From positions 2,356,001 to 2,420,000 of the forward strand of contig CM039009.1 of the NCBI GenBank assembly GCA_017499595.2: a stretch of DNA of 64,000 nucleotides, read 5' to 3'. Positions 1-13,262 of this stretch are shown here, in pieces. The DNA is from Psilocybe cubensis (Eukaryota). A program made the position numbers and the translations under genes. Under the pieces are notes generated by a model. It made no database searches. It worked only from the letters and a program-made list of their open reading frames with translations, and had not been told where the DNA came from. Each line of letters opens with the position of its first letter. Within the stretch, counting starts at the first letter, position 1.

Positions 1-358
1 ACTCAGTCATTTGGAGGTCCGGTTAGAATCCGCGTGATGTTTGCCGTCCAAATACGACCACCAAAACTGCATCAGTAGGACTAAGAGAGTGGCTTAGACA
101 CACCGTCACAGAGGGCCTAGCGAGTCCATGGCTTTCCCCAAGCGAGCATTAAATTCGGAGCTTGAATTCATGACTGCCAACTGGGCTGCGCAGCATACAT
201 CAACAAACATAAATTGAACAAAGCGGAGGCGCTTAGGAACCACTCGTGATGGTGGTGGTAATCAATTTAGCTTATAAACCATTTAAAAACCCCTATTACT
301 AGAAATCATCGAGACCGGATATCATGCAAACAGGTCTACACTTCCTCGCAATATTTGG

Positions 359-1644
359 CTACGCCAGGTCCTGTTTATCATTATCTCCGTTTTCACCACT
401 AGAGTCACGATTACTGAATGTCAGGTAAAGCTCGGAGTTGAAGTTCCGCTCCCCCATTGTAGAACCGTTAGATTTGTGGAACTCTAGTTGTGACAACTTG
501 GGCAATATGGATCGGGAATGCTCTTCCTGAGATGATGCCTCAGCCACACGGGCTGCCATAACTGTGGGAGCTATACCCTTGGTATGATTTAGGATAAAAA
601 TGTCACGAATGGAAAATGTAGGAAATAACTAACCGCAGCCGGGGCCAATAAGGCAGACGAATAATTTGCCAATGCAAATACCGCAGTAGTTGGCCAGCTG
701 TCTCCGTCAGGAATGGCACCGGAAACTGCAGCCACCAGGAGAACTGCTGAGTATACCGCTGCTGACTGAATTATGATTTCGAGGATGTGCAAGAATCGCT
801 TTCGAGTACCATTGATATTTCGCGAGGATGCGTATATTTGGTATGCGATGAGACCTGTCGTTGATACACTCGTCGCAAATGACATAAAAAACGTAGCGGA
901 CTGAATATCGTTTGAGATGTTAATTTTGTTTTGAGTTGCATCCGAGTCGACGACCAAAAAGTAAACTATTGAAGCAGTAACCAAACCTAATAATAACACC
1001 GAGTTATACTGAGAAAAGATCACTTTGCTGCACTCCTTACCAATTTCAAGACTCAGTAATAATAATGGCAATGCAATGACCCGCCAGCGTCCACCATATA
1101 CATGAAAGCATCTCCATATCTAGCCGACTTATGAGCTCGAAATGGAACATTGATTTTTGACAGTCACTTACCAGCAACCCGTCTGCCACTATATACATTG
1201 CATACGACGTTACATTAAGGGCGACGTGGGTCCATATGGGGATTTGAAACAGCTCAACATACGCGGTGCGAAGATTGCTGTTAGTTTGAGGAAGGCTGAC
1301 ATTGCCAATGTACAACTGAACAACGAACTGAACAGCCGCTATTAAAAAAAGGACGGTGATTGCTCCCAGAACAATTAACCGCTGTGGAGCCTGTTTCCGT
1401 ATTACTGGATAAGACAGAGAATTGACAAATGATTTTTGCTAAAGGCTGAATGTATGACTTACAATAAAGGTGAAACGTATGTATGTATACAACAGCATAG
1501 CTTCCTATATATTAGTTAAGCAACGTGTTTTTTTAGTTTTAGGGAAGTATAACTTTACATACCCATCAAAAAGGTGAATATTATGGAAGAGTTGGTAGAG
1601 GAGCGTATCTCAGACAATTGAACGGAGGCGGAGGGGAGCGACAT
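359..1644 (-). CDS. Multi-pass membrane protein of unknown function (Agaricales expanded family), spliced
   Basis: ATG at 1644 (MSLPSASVQLSEIRSSTNSSIIFTFLMG). Exons cover ORFs 1046-1315, 589-1071 and 359-559, with several hydrophobic helices. Motifs ADGLL/IWRC, STTGLIAYQI, IIIQSAAVYS and GIAPTVMAARV are shared with the paralog at 33852-35156. Confidence 0.8.
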
Positions 1645-2892
1645 ACCGGATGTCGACTTTACGCGATGGAAAGCACGTTTGCACAGATGTCGAGGAAAGA
1701 AACTTATATAATGAAAGAGCTCTGGATGGTGAGAAGTACAAGATTAAATTAGATGGTTCATCTTTGCGCGCAAAATACAAGTTTGACACTGACTTGACTT
1801 AAGGCATGCGTGTGAGATAGATAGATAGGATACGCACTTGGGGAAACAAGGGATTCACACCGTGTGTATTACTCTATCCTAATGTTTTGTTGGGCAGGAT
1901 TTATGAGGTACGAGATAGGTACTTCTTTCGTCATGTCAGTTGAAAGCGGAACTTTGTAAACAATCAATCTATGTGCATGAACGGCGTTCCAAAGAAATGA
2001 CTTTCTTACACTGGAAATATTAGTTACATTTCAACTTTGTACTTATCCGATTTAGAACCCGGTATCAGTTGTTATTTTGAGTGAACAGGGCGTCAACCTC
2101 TCAGTCGTAGGTATAACCGATTGACCAAGCCCTTGCCGGGCATTCCTCCAATGCGTACTCACCAACGTAGCCAGGGCAAAGACACACTGCCTTTAGGTTG
2201 CCCACACAGAAATTAACATATGATGAAACCTGTAGAAGAGGCTCTTTACAGCCATGACAGTGATATTATCAGTGCATCTTCCATTCCGTCTAGACAGATT
2301 TCCTGACACTGAGCGCGTGAGTTTTCATCAATGTTTTGTCGCCATTCTAGCCCTTCGTTCTGATATTAGGTATTGATATGCACATAGATCTAATACGTAG
2401 GCCACTGACACCGGTACATGCTGATTCTGAAGAGATCCATATCATTGTTGATTCAATACCGCCAGCAACCGCAAAGTGATTACTTGGCTGTTGGTCATTA
2501 TCAGGCGGAGTTTATATTTCAATCACTTGCGTGTAGGCGGCGTCCTACGGCATGGTTAGCCGAATGATACCGTGATGGACTTCCGGTGATCGCCGAGCAT
2601 CATTTGACGCGTGCCAAGAACTCCACTTAAAAAATAAATTGAGTTTTATCAACGTTTCAATCAAACCATTGGTACTGATAACAATTCTTGCAGAATCATC
2701 GTAGGGGACATCTAAGTAGTCTGAAAGACTCATAAAGATAAGTTAAAAAAAAATTTAGTTGTAATTAATTGTTTAGAAGGGATATTGATTTGATAACGAC
2801 TTTCGACATAAAACTAGCACTATGGACTTATGATACTGAGAATACCCCATTAACCCTTGAAAGTAAATAATTGTCGAGGAACGAATAAATTG

Positions 2893-4492
2893 CTACATAG
2901 TGGGTTTGAACCATCTGATGCGTTGGATGCATTGAACATATTAATGCGGCTAGCTTGCAGGATCTAAAACACACTTACGCATCGCCGTTGTTATTAAAAT
3001 CTGTAAGATTTCAATTAACGTTGATTACTAGAGAAATACAATAGGATAGGTCACCTCGTGTGTCATCGTCTTCGATACAGGCACATCTATCCAATTTGGG
3101 GCACTCGTAGGCCCACCCTTGATGCTGATACCTGCCAAAAGTAAATTTGACAATATGCTCGGAGCTTGAGAGGCCATACCCTAGATCGTCAAATTGAACT
3201 ATTTGATCTTTCCTTAGGGACATTGCCAGCCCGTACGAGTGTACAGGAGAGTCGCCCCATCTCTCATAAAAAAATCCTAGCACAAGAAGGTCACATGAAA
3301 TTCATTAAATCAGATAGCCCGCGTACCTCCAGCCTTCTCTAGATGATCGAAGAACTTCGTATATAGGCTACTCTCCCATACACTGCGATGCGATATTTCA
3401 AAGTTGTTCTACAAAATAGTCAGAAGAGTAAAGTGTTGGTCAGTTTTACAACCTACTCACATACATGCAGGCCCCGGTCCAGTCGTCGTTCCCTGCAGTG
3501 CCGGCCATAGCTTTGGCTACTCCGGCATCACCCTTCCATACAAAATGCTGATTCGCATCCGCAGGAATCAGATGTCTATTGTTGCTCAAGAACTGCGATA
3601 CGTTCGAGGCAAGACTCGGCTGGACCCATGAAACATCATAATTAACTTGCACAAACCCTGAAAATATTGTCAAGTTGAGCCAAGCATAGATCTGGGGTGC
3701 TACACAGACCATATAACGCTTTCTTGGATATTAGAACTTCTATGGGGTCATAGGGCTGTTGATTATGAGAGGTCTAGCACTTCCCACATTGTGCATGAGA
3801 AGACACGAACCACATCACAATGGAACTGTATATCTGTATCAAGGCGCCATAACCACTCGTAAGAGACGAGCGCTGGATTCTTCCAAAAGAATCCTTCACA
3901 TGCTTTATTAGCCTCGACCATGAGGTACTCGGTGGAACGCTTACCTGAGTAGTATCGGCACATTGCCCGATAACCAGTAGAGAACCTGTAAACGCCTCAG
4001 ACCATAATTCTTAAGTATGCATGTGAACGCACCCTATGGTTTCCAAAGAACTATTGACACGCTTCTCATCCATCCATGCCGGTATATCCCAGGATTCCTT
4101 CGTCGCTGTGGCTATCTAACTGTTAGTCAATCATTGGACAGGCTGCAGCAAGATGACCCACCGAAAGATGCACGCCCATTTGTTATATGGCTGGCTTTCG
4201 CTTTGATGTCTTCAGTTATAAAGTGTGCCTCGTCCTCTGCCGTGAAGAGGATAATGGGATACTTGAGTCGTCTGTTGAATCTGTCCTCGACGTTTTGTAG
4301 GGCAACTAGGGCTTGTGTGATGCGGTTGGGCGCCAATAAGATGAAAATTGCAGCGTTTGGTTTTGAGGATTTTAAAATCGGAAGATATGAGCTTCCTGAA
4401 CTTTCTGAAAGCTTCCAAAACGACAACAGTACAACTAAGAGAGCACCACCGAGCAGGAGACGAGCGCGGGGAGACGACAGAAAGGAAGGCAT
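2893..4492 (-). CDS. Glycosyltransferase family 15 (KRE2/KTR-like alpha-1,2-mannosyltransferase), spliced
   Basis: N-terminal type II anchor (LLLGGALLVVLLSFW). GT15 motifs VEDRFNRRLKYP, GYRAMCRYYSG, WRLDTDIQFHCDV, NNFEI and GFFYERWGDSPVH. The last exon reads WFKPTM* and ends at 2893. Confidence 0.92.
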
Positions 4493-4913
4493 GGAATCTG
4501 TGTGGTGGTTGACAACACAAACTGACGGTAACCAATTCAGGCTTTGTTCATTGCTCTTTGAAAGTAGCACGGCCTTGTCAAAGGCACCTTGAATGATAAT
4601 CGAAGAAAGAGGGGGGTTAAAGATGGCAGGGGTAATTTGGCTGCTTCGATCAACGGGTTACGGGCCAAGATTGGCTAAGCCTCCGGTTCTAAAAGTAGCA
4701 CTGTCGAAATGACAAATGGTTGCTGGGAGCGATTCACACAGCTCGGGGTTAGTTCGTTTGGCAAATTAAACATGATTTGCTCAGATGAGAGAAGTTTACA
4801 TGATTAAATGAAGATATATATCACCCAACCCACCACGACGGAGCTCGATCCCACGCTTCTTCTCTCCGAGTTCGATTGTAGCTCTAGGCATTGCTCTCGG
4901 TGCGACTCAGAAA

Positions 4914-6116
4914 ATGGCAGTGTCTATACAGGTTGTTGCGGTTATTACGTTTTATATGGTGGCAGCGTTGGTGGTGCGTTGCATTATACCTATCCTTTAC
5001 AACGCCATGAGTGACTGACTAGAGACGGGGATTGTTAGATGGTATTCGTGAACAAGGTCGTGCTCAGAACCGCACCGAATCTACCCACCATTTTGTGTGC
5101 TTTTCAGTCTATCGCCACCGTCCTTCTTCTGAGCATTACTTCGCTCTTTACATCGCAAGTGCAGCTTCCGACATTGGATTACACTACCGCCCGAAGGCTG
5201 GCCCCCCTCATGTTGATAGATGCTTCTGGATTTCTTTTCAATACTCTATGCTTGCGCGATGTCGAAGCTGCCTATTACAACATCGCACGGGGCCTCGTTC
5301 TCCCTCTCACAATCCTCGTAGTTTCCATGCACAGTTTCACTAGGCCGTCATTATCGGTAGTTGGATGTGCCTGTATTGTCACCGGAGGATTCCTCGTTGG
5401 TGTATCATTCGAAAAGGGTCTCCCATCTCAAGCCGTCCCCGGACCATTGGCCCTGTTCTACGGGTTTCTATCATCGCTATCTATCGCTATGCACGCCGTA
5501 CTGATCAAGTCATCTCTCCCCCACGTGAACGGAAGCGCTACAAAATTGTCCTATTGGTCTAATCTAGGCACAGCAGTACTTCTCAGTTTCACCGCCCTGA
5601 TCAACGGAGAAGTCCTGTCTTTCTTGCAGATGACACAGGACAGTAACTGGGACTGGACTACGTTTGCATGGGGAAACATAGTTACCGGAGTCTTTGGTTT
5701 TCTCATCAGTATTGCAGGCATACTGAGCGTCAAAATTACGAGTCCCATCACACACATGTTTTCAAGTGTAAGCTATATTTTTTACGTATCGTATAAAACC
5801 TTACACACTATTAAACTGACAACTGGAACATACAGGCTTCTCGAACAGTTCTGCAAATGGCTTTGGGTGTCAAAATATTCGGAGATATCCTGACGACGTT
5901 AGTCAAGCGTTTGGATCTGGGATCAATACGTCTTATTCAAACTGACTTTTTTTGACGTCCAGGCGGCGCATCATGTCTGCGTCAATGATACTACTCGGAA
6001 CATTACTCTATACCTATGTCAAGGCAAATGAGCCGAAACCACAAGTGGGTGAGGTAATGGCAATACCGAAAGTAAAAGATGTAGAGTCACAAGCGGCGCC
6101 TCGAGAAAAAATATGA
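4914..6116 (+). CDS. Nucleotide-sugar transporter (GDP-fucose/GDP-mannose type, TPT/SLC35 family), spliced
   Basis: Starts MAVSIQVVAVITFYMVAALV|MVFVNKVVL. Motifs FNTLCLRDVEAAYYNIARGL and SVKITSPITHMFSS; about 10 hydrophobic segments. Confidence 0.9.
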
Positions 6117-6649
6117 ATGATTGAGTTTGTAAGACAAAGGACTTCAATATTTACATAAGTTATAATATCTGGACTATTCTATAGCTTACAATACATTGCA
6201 TGTGATATCTTTCATTCACTAAACAATTAACAACATACTCGGGATCGACTTCTTGCCGTGTCTTCTCACTGTTCCTCGTTTTCTCTATTTATACTATCAC
6301 TCAGTGAGGCACCGGCTGATGATAAATAGCTTCAATCGGACCTTCAAGAGCAATGCTTACCCACACTAGTTTGAAGTAAGTATAAAATGACAAGTATTCA
6401 TAGAGGCCCTTGGGGATCACAAGGGATAGACGAACCGAATGGAAGGCGGAATATCCGGGCGAAGGATTTAGATCATTAAAGCCATGTTCCATGATGGTTT
6501 TCAGGCTCTGTGTTAATCAACTTGGTACATAAAGACGTCCTGGACCAGAAACTACCATTACTCGTTAAACACTTAAGTTACGTATGAAAATACAAAAGTC
6601 CCATTAAAAAGTCCAGTAGAAAGGCATCGCGAGTATATCTGAACGCCAA

Positions 6650-8602
6650 TCAGAAACCAGAAGGCGAACCAGCTCCAGTCAATAAAAACCACATAATTAG
6701 TAACATCATGGCCACACCCAGCCACCTCCACCAAGCTGATTCTTTGTACCAATACCGTGTCTTCTCACTGAGCTGTGTCGCACCAACATCGGAGGACCAT
6801 GAGGAATAGTGGTGAAGAGTTGGTCTGGTGATCTGCTGTGCTTGGCCTTGCACCAGGGAACGAAGGATCCTTTTATCCACTTTTCCGTTAGATGTCAAAG
6901 GAAAGTCTTCAAGTGCATAGTAATGTTTTGGCACCGCATATGAAGGCTGACTTCGTGCAACTGCCGCTCGAAGAAGATCAAGGTCAACAGTGGCAGGCGT
7001 AACGAACCCCCAGAGCTCTGATTCGATAAGAAGCGTAACCGCACTTTTGACAGTGGGGAGCGTCTATGCGACCATCAATATGGATTAATTTCAATGTAAA
7101 ATATTGACACGTACACGCATTGACGCAGAGACGCCATCAAGTTCGACTCGAAAGCCCTTAACTTTCACCTGGTCATCTTGACGTCCCATATGGTCCAATT
7201 GACCGTCCCGCCTCCAGCGTCCCAGGTCACCCGTGTTGAACATCATCCCTGTTCCACCTCCCACAAATGGATCTATACGCCAGCGCTCAGCGGTTTTATC
7301 GGGAAGATTGAGATAGCCTTTAGAGACGCCGATTCCCCCAACCCACATGCATCCAACATCTCCGATTGGAACAGGGGTCGTGCTAGTCGGATCCCGTGAG
7401 AGGATGTATACATTGGTGTTTGGAATGGGGGTTCCAATGGAAAGTGGGTATCCTGGAGTATGACGCTGTACTGTGTTACAGATCGAAATTTCCGTTGGGC
7501 CGCAGCAGTTGTTAAAATTGGTGTATTGAGCCCATTTATCAGCCAGCGCTAAACAAATGTAATATTTCTTAATTGAACAAGATTCTGTGCTATATAAAAG
7601 GCGTACCTTGAGGACATGGCTCTCCGCCAACAATAACGTGACGGATAGTAGGGTAATTCTCTGGCTCGTGAGGAGCAAGCATGCTTGGAGTAGCAATTAC
7701 GACATGAACAGTTTTCAAAAGAGCCGCCCATTCTTTCGATGTATTTCCTCGTAAACATAGGGTGCATCCATTGTAAAGTGAGCCAAGAATTTCCCAGGCA
7801 CCCATATCGAATGCGATATTGAGCAGCTGAGCAACTCGCATCCCGGGCTCCATGCCTACGTTTCCCGGGGGTCCACTAATGACTGGGACAATGTTAGTTT
7901 ATACAAATAGACGAGATGATATTCAACGCACCATTCGTTACCCCTCTATGCCTCACATCAACACCTTTTGGACGTCCTGACAGCGAAGCTCGTTAGTGAA
8001 ATCAAATAGATGTTTTCGAAGCAGCGTCTACCTGTTGTTCCTGAGGTGTATATTATATACGCTCCATCGTCTGGTGAGGATAAATCTTCGACCGGGTCCA
8101 CTTCTTCGTACAACAAACGGTAAGGTCGAAAAATGGATTCCAGGATGATTGATGATGTGCCATGGACGCGGTGAGAATAGTCTGCCATAACCAGCACAAT
8201 GCTGGGCTTGGAGTCCTCAAGAACGAATCTCAAGGTTTCGTCCGTAATGGTTTGTGCATCGAGCGGAACGTACTGTGCGCCGCTTTTCAAAATTCCAACA
8301 ATCCCAACGATCAGCTCTAAAGACCTTCTTGCTAATATACATACGCGTCTCCCTGGCCCTACTCCCTGAGAGCGCAAGGCATGTGCTAGTCGATTAGAGT
8401 GTGCCTCCAATTCTCGGAATGTGAGGGTCTCTTTGCAAGAAAGGTGTTCGACAGCGATGGCATCCGGTTGCTGACGAGCATGCTTCTCAATTGCATGGTG
8501 AATTATAGGTATGATAGTGGAGCGGGGACGACCAACACCGTACGAATAGAAAAGTGACTGGTCAACCGGCGACAGTCTTGACAAGGGAGAGAGGGAGGCC
8601 AT
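6650..8602 (-). CDS. Free-standing NRPS-like adenylation-domain protein with a C-terminal hydrophobic anchor and no thiolation domain
   Basis: Core motifs: A2 LKSGAQYVPLD, A3 YIIYTSGTTGRPKGV (spliced), A4 FDMGAWEI, A5 NCCGPTE, A6 GVSKGYL, A7 FNTGDL, A8 GRQDDQVKVKGFRVEL, A10 LTSNGKVDK. These are followed by about 75 aa ending WWRWLGVAMMLLIMWFLLTG. Confidence 0.92.
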
Positions 8603-9681
8603 CAAGCAAGGCGTCCGAGCCGCAAATCATATTTATGTGGGTAAATGGATCTAGGGTGATCTTATGTGATGTTCGAATAGGTAACAGAAGGTGCTTTCCA
8701 TCAGGTACAACATTGTGCAGAGATATTAATAAACCAGATCAGGAGCGTGAGGAGGAAAAATATTCCCACGATATTAACGAGAGTCAAACCCAAATTTGGT
8801 TGCACTCGGTTAGATTCCGGATGGGATCTATTCAAAACGCGCACTTGTGACAAGGAATGGACGAAATTTCTGTACTAATTCGATGTCTTGAATTTTAGTA
8901 GGTTGAAAATCATTTATTCACCTTTACTAAGGTTCTAATATACGGCCAGAATAGTCAGTTACTAAATAAGTAATTTATTGACGTCAAAGAACATCATACC
9001 GCAATCCAATGAAGATGGAGAAAGTCCAAAATTTCTGTATCTAAACAGTGCAGTACATTGTCAAGACCATGAGCACATTGACGACGATCTGTCTGTATAA
9101 CACTGCACTTGATGAGAATCAGTAACTGCGTCACAACCGACTTCGGCCTCAACGTAAGCATAATAAATCAGATATGTCTTCCGCCCTCTAAGCATCATGT
9201 CAACTCATATGTATTTATGTACGTCCGTCAGCAAGGCTCCACAACTTATTATAGATCTCCTTATCGACATTGCAATAATATACGCCAGATTTGAGTGCGC
9301 TTCGCTTCGCATTTGTTCAATAGTTGGACTTCATATATTATCCTGTCACTATAATTATAATGAATTCACTCGCACTTCTAAGATCTATTCAATGTAGCCA
9401 TCAGATGATGCCGACCCCAGAATTGTCCAAACATTGAAATCGGAAACCTCAAGGGTGCATCACGAGAAGGCATGTCATTCCACAATGCCGCTGATCCGGA
9501 AAAGATAGGAGTGCGAAATCAAACGCATTGTCGCCGACGGAGCTTCGGCACGTTAAATCGTGGAAAAGTTCCCTGACTTAAATCGGCCACGGGGTATCGG
9601 AATCCAATCATTCGAAATTTGTTCAAAACCCCATCGAGTTTTCATTTCGTCGTTACTACCAAGTACCAACTCTTACAGCTG

Positions 9682-11523
9682 ATGACGATGAACTCTCATA
9701 CTATCTCTCCTCATTGGGTTGCAGTCGGGACAGGCTACGAGCGTCCTTTCGGGGACAGTGAGGCTGCCTTCTATCCTGCATCCAAAGCAGGACTCGGAGA
9801 CATGTGAGTGCACTTTATACTAAATTTACAACGAGGAGGACAGTCCAGCAAATAAATTCACAGGTTCCTGCACCTCTCATTCCGCGCCCCGGTGAATATT
9901 TTACTTGAAGAACGAGTCTCTATCGCATGGGCAGTAATTCGCAGAAGACATCCACTGCTTATGTGTGAAGTGAAATACAATGAAGCTATCGGAACTCCAT
10001 TTTTTTCGTGGGTTATTTGTATCACAGGTATTAGATACGCATAATCGAAGTGTTTGTCTAGGTTTACGCCACCATTATCGGTTGCCGAGTCGCTCGAGGC
10101 TTCAAAGACTACTATATCATTCAATCACCGAAGTAAATCTGGTAAATTGGTTTCCCCTCAAATTGAGGGATTTATTTATCACGCTTCATTAAACAGATCT
10201 TATCCATGACTACATGAACGGCCCTCGGGTCCTTTCCGATGAACATCTATGCCATCTTGTCCTATCTACGGCAATACCTACGGCAGCGGCGCCTCCTGGA
10301 CATGCCGAGTATGACTTATTCATGTGTGCTCCACATTTTCTCGGTGACGGTACATCTCTCCATCTGGCCACCCATGATTTACTCGAGATTCTGGCATCAA
10401 CGAGCACTGATGACCAGCTGAAGTATGAATTAAACCTGGATGTCAATTGGGTACGTTGCCTCTAAGAAAACTTAATAGTATTTAATTTGGTTTAAGATAA
10501 TGGCACTTCCCCCGGCTTATGAAGCTCGGATAGATGTCCCAAAGGCTGCGTTGGCAAGGGCAGTATCTAAAGTTGATTTTGCCAAAAGCCTTGACAGGGA
10601 AATTGTAAGTCACATCTTTCATTTCACCTTTCAAAGCGATAAATGTCGTTATCGACTAATTTATGGTTACAATCGGAAAAGGGGGGACATACTTTACCTC
10701 GACAGCAGCACGGACCACAGAAAACAGTTGTCCAAGAAACAGCCTTTTCTGAGGCAGAGACATCGGAAATTCTTCGCAAATGCAAGGCCAATAATGTAAC
10801 TGTCAATCATGTCATTGTAGCTTTGTGCAACATCGCCTGGGCGAGGAACGTCAGCGATGCAAGTCTTATGCGGAACCCGTTGTGAGTGCATTATGTACTT
10901 ATCTGATACACTCTTAATACTAATCCGGTTTGCTATCCATCAGAATGATGTATACAGCTGTGACTCTACGACCGTACCTATCTGTCATAAGCGCAACCAG
11001 TACCTATTGGTTTGTGGCTTTGACTTACTTCAACATCGTTCTTCCCGCATTCCTGCCGGAGAATGAGAAGGTGTTCTGGCACCGGGCGCGTATGGTGAAG
11101 TCTCAAATTCGTCAAATGGTTCAGTCACCGTTTTTGAGATCCAGAGCTCTGGAAATGGGAAAAATCCGTGTGGCACGCTCCCGGGGACAGACAACTCATT
11201 TACCCTCTTTCTCTGATATTGTGAAAGGCACAGAGGTAACGACACAATCACTCCCACCTGCCCCGAGCGCTGCGCTCCTTGGCCTATCTCTTATTGGAAA
11301 TCTTGACGCTACTTATATCCGCTCATCATATCCCTCCTTCCATCTCCATACCGTGACAACCGCAAGCAGACAAAAAGCCGGTGGTATACTTCTTTTAGAG
11401 CATACATTTGCAAACAAACTCTGGCTTCATCTCTGTTGGGACGAGAATGGATTTCAGCCAGGGCTTATTCAAAGGTTTTGGAGCACGCTTCATGACGTTG
11501 TACGCGAGTTCCTGCTGCAGTGA
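9682..11523 (+). CDS. CoA-dependent acyltransferase superfamily protein (condensation-domain / alcohol acetyltransferase-like), spliced
   Basis: Catalytic-type motif CAPHFLGDG (HxxxDG), plus ILRKCKANNVTVNH, LGLSLIGNLD and LLEHTFANKLWLHLCWD across GT-AG-bounded exons. Confidence 0.8.
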
Positions 11524-12435
11524 ATCTATTTATATCCGAGCCTCAATTATGGACGTATGCCGTTGGATCGTCGCTTAATTAGCAGGTTTCAGGGTATTTC
11601 AAGTGATCTGCAACTATGCTCCTATATATTCTACACAATACTACAGAAATAACTGGACTGAAACTTTCAACGACTGGGAGGATGGCCTAGAAGATTAATA
11701 TCTCAACATCAACCCCGAATTACAAGCCTTTGAACTTTGCTTATAATCGATCTCTGTATTCGTTGTAACTTCAGTGTTTGTAGAGTCGTTGGAAGTAAGC
11801 GTTGGCGAAATAACCGGTAAAGTAATTCAGTCGTTACCTTATTGTAGAATTGCTCTACAAAGCCTGATGGATATTGGAGTGTGGACACGCCGCTGACCAG
11901 AGTAGATAAATATATTTCTCTACGAAATTTCAGTATATTTAGAAGCGACTCCCTCCATCAATTCCCTGCAAGTTCTGCACAGCCCACCAGCAGCATCATA
12001 AGTTTTCATAATCCATCTCATCGCACAAATCTTTAGGAAGCACGACGTTTAGACATCTTTGATACTTCCATGATTTTGGGCTATCAACTAGTAGACCAAG
12101 GTTTGGTCGTTGCGAAATCGATCGACTAATACGTATAATTTTATCGTGAGACTACTCACGGCTCAGGACATGTGTATATTAAGTCAACCAGAAGAGCTGT
12201 CACTACCACCATTCGTGAAGTGAAGAAAAGATAATAAACGAATGATTGTTGTCTGACATCATGGATTTTTTCTTCTGCAAGGGGATTAATCTTGCTGCGC
12301 ATGAGCATTTCTCGTGCAAGTCATACGAGAAGACATGTTAGTTTAAACGTCAAGCGGTTACAGGTTTTCGTATAAAACTACTATCCTTTGAGACTCATGC
12401 CCATTTACTACCGATACATACTTTGAAAATTAGTC

Positions 12436-13262
12436 ATGCATTTTCGATTTCCCATCCTGATTGCTAGTTGTGCTTTTGCCTTTACCACTGGTGAGCATTC
12501 TCGTATCATACCTTTGAACATATGGCTTATCAAATAATCTAAAGGGCGAGTGTGCAACAACAAGCAAATTATTGATACTAAACCTTTTACCCTGGGGTCC
12601 GGGGATGTAATCCAAATACAAAGATTCAACTGTTCTTCGGATGGGCTTTCGCCCCCGGTTCACTCAAAGAATGTGGCCAAGCGAGATACATTCGATTTGA
12701 ACATTCGTGCAGCATCTGAATGTACTCAGCCTAATTGCTTCTGTGGTGTACCTTGTCAGTCACCTCACATTGTCCCACCAAGCCAAAGGTTGACGAAGTC
12801 TACTTAGGCTTCTTCCAAGCATGCCGAGCAGTGACCCAGCCTATACAAAGCGCTCATTGTACCCAATTGGCTGCACAACTCTCGAATACACGTGAGTCAT
12901 TCCTTCATCCAAGGATCAATCAGGCAAACTGCATTTTTTAGAGGGAACAATTGCTATCCCAGCCAACGAAGGAGTTGGATTTATCCTTCAAAGCTGTGAA
13001 TACACGGCTTTTGGCTCCGAGACTGAAAATACACAGTATTGCTTTGATGATATGGTAAGTTGCGAAAAAGCTGCTCGGAAATTTTCATTTTACACCACAA
13101 TTGACAGGGCGTGGCGGCGACCGAGCTTTTTGCGGTGTGTGGTACCCAGCAGGCTGATTGCAAAGCAACTTCTGGTGGCCAGAACCTTTTCGTGGAGTGC
13201 GTTCTGAACCATTATAATCAAGTGATATGTACTCACGATGCGTTAGCCAAATCTCACTCTGA
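12436..13262 (+). CDS. Small secreted cysteine-rich protein, 6 exons
   Basis: Signal peptide MHFRFPILIASCAFAFTT. The spliced frame stays open through VCNNK...KNVAKR...SECTQPNCFCGVPCFFQAC...HCTQLA...SCEY...YCFDDM...VCGTQQADC...DQISL*. Confidence 0.75.

Noticed and set aside
4017-4592. 191-aa plus-strand ORF
   Set aside because: Antisense shadow of the GT15 exons, with no recognisable motifs.
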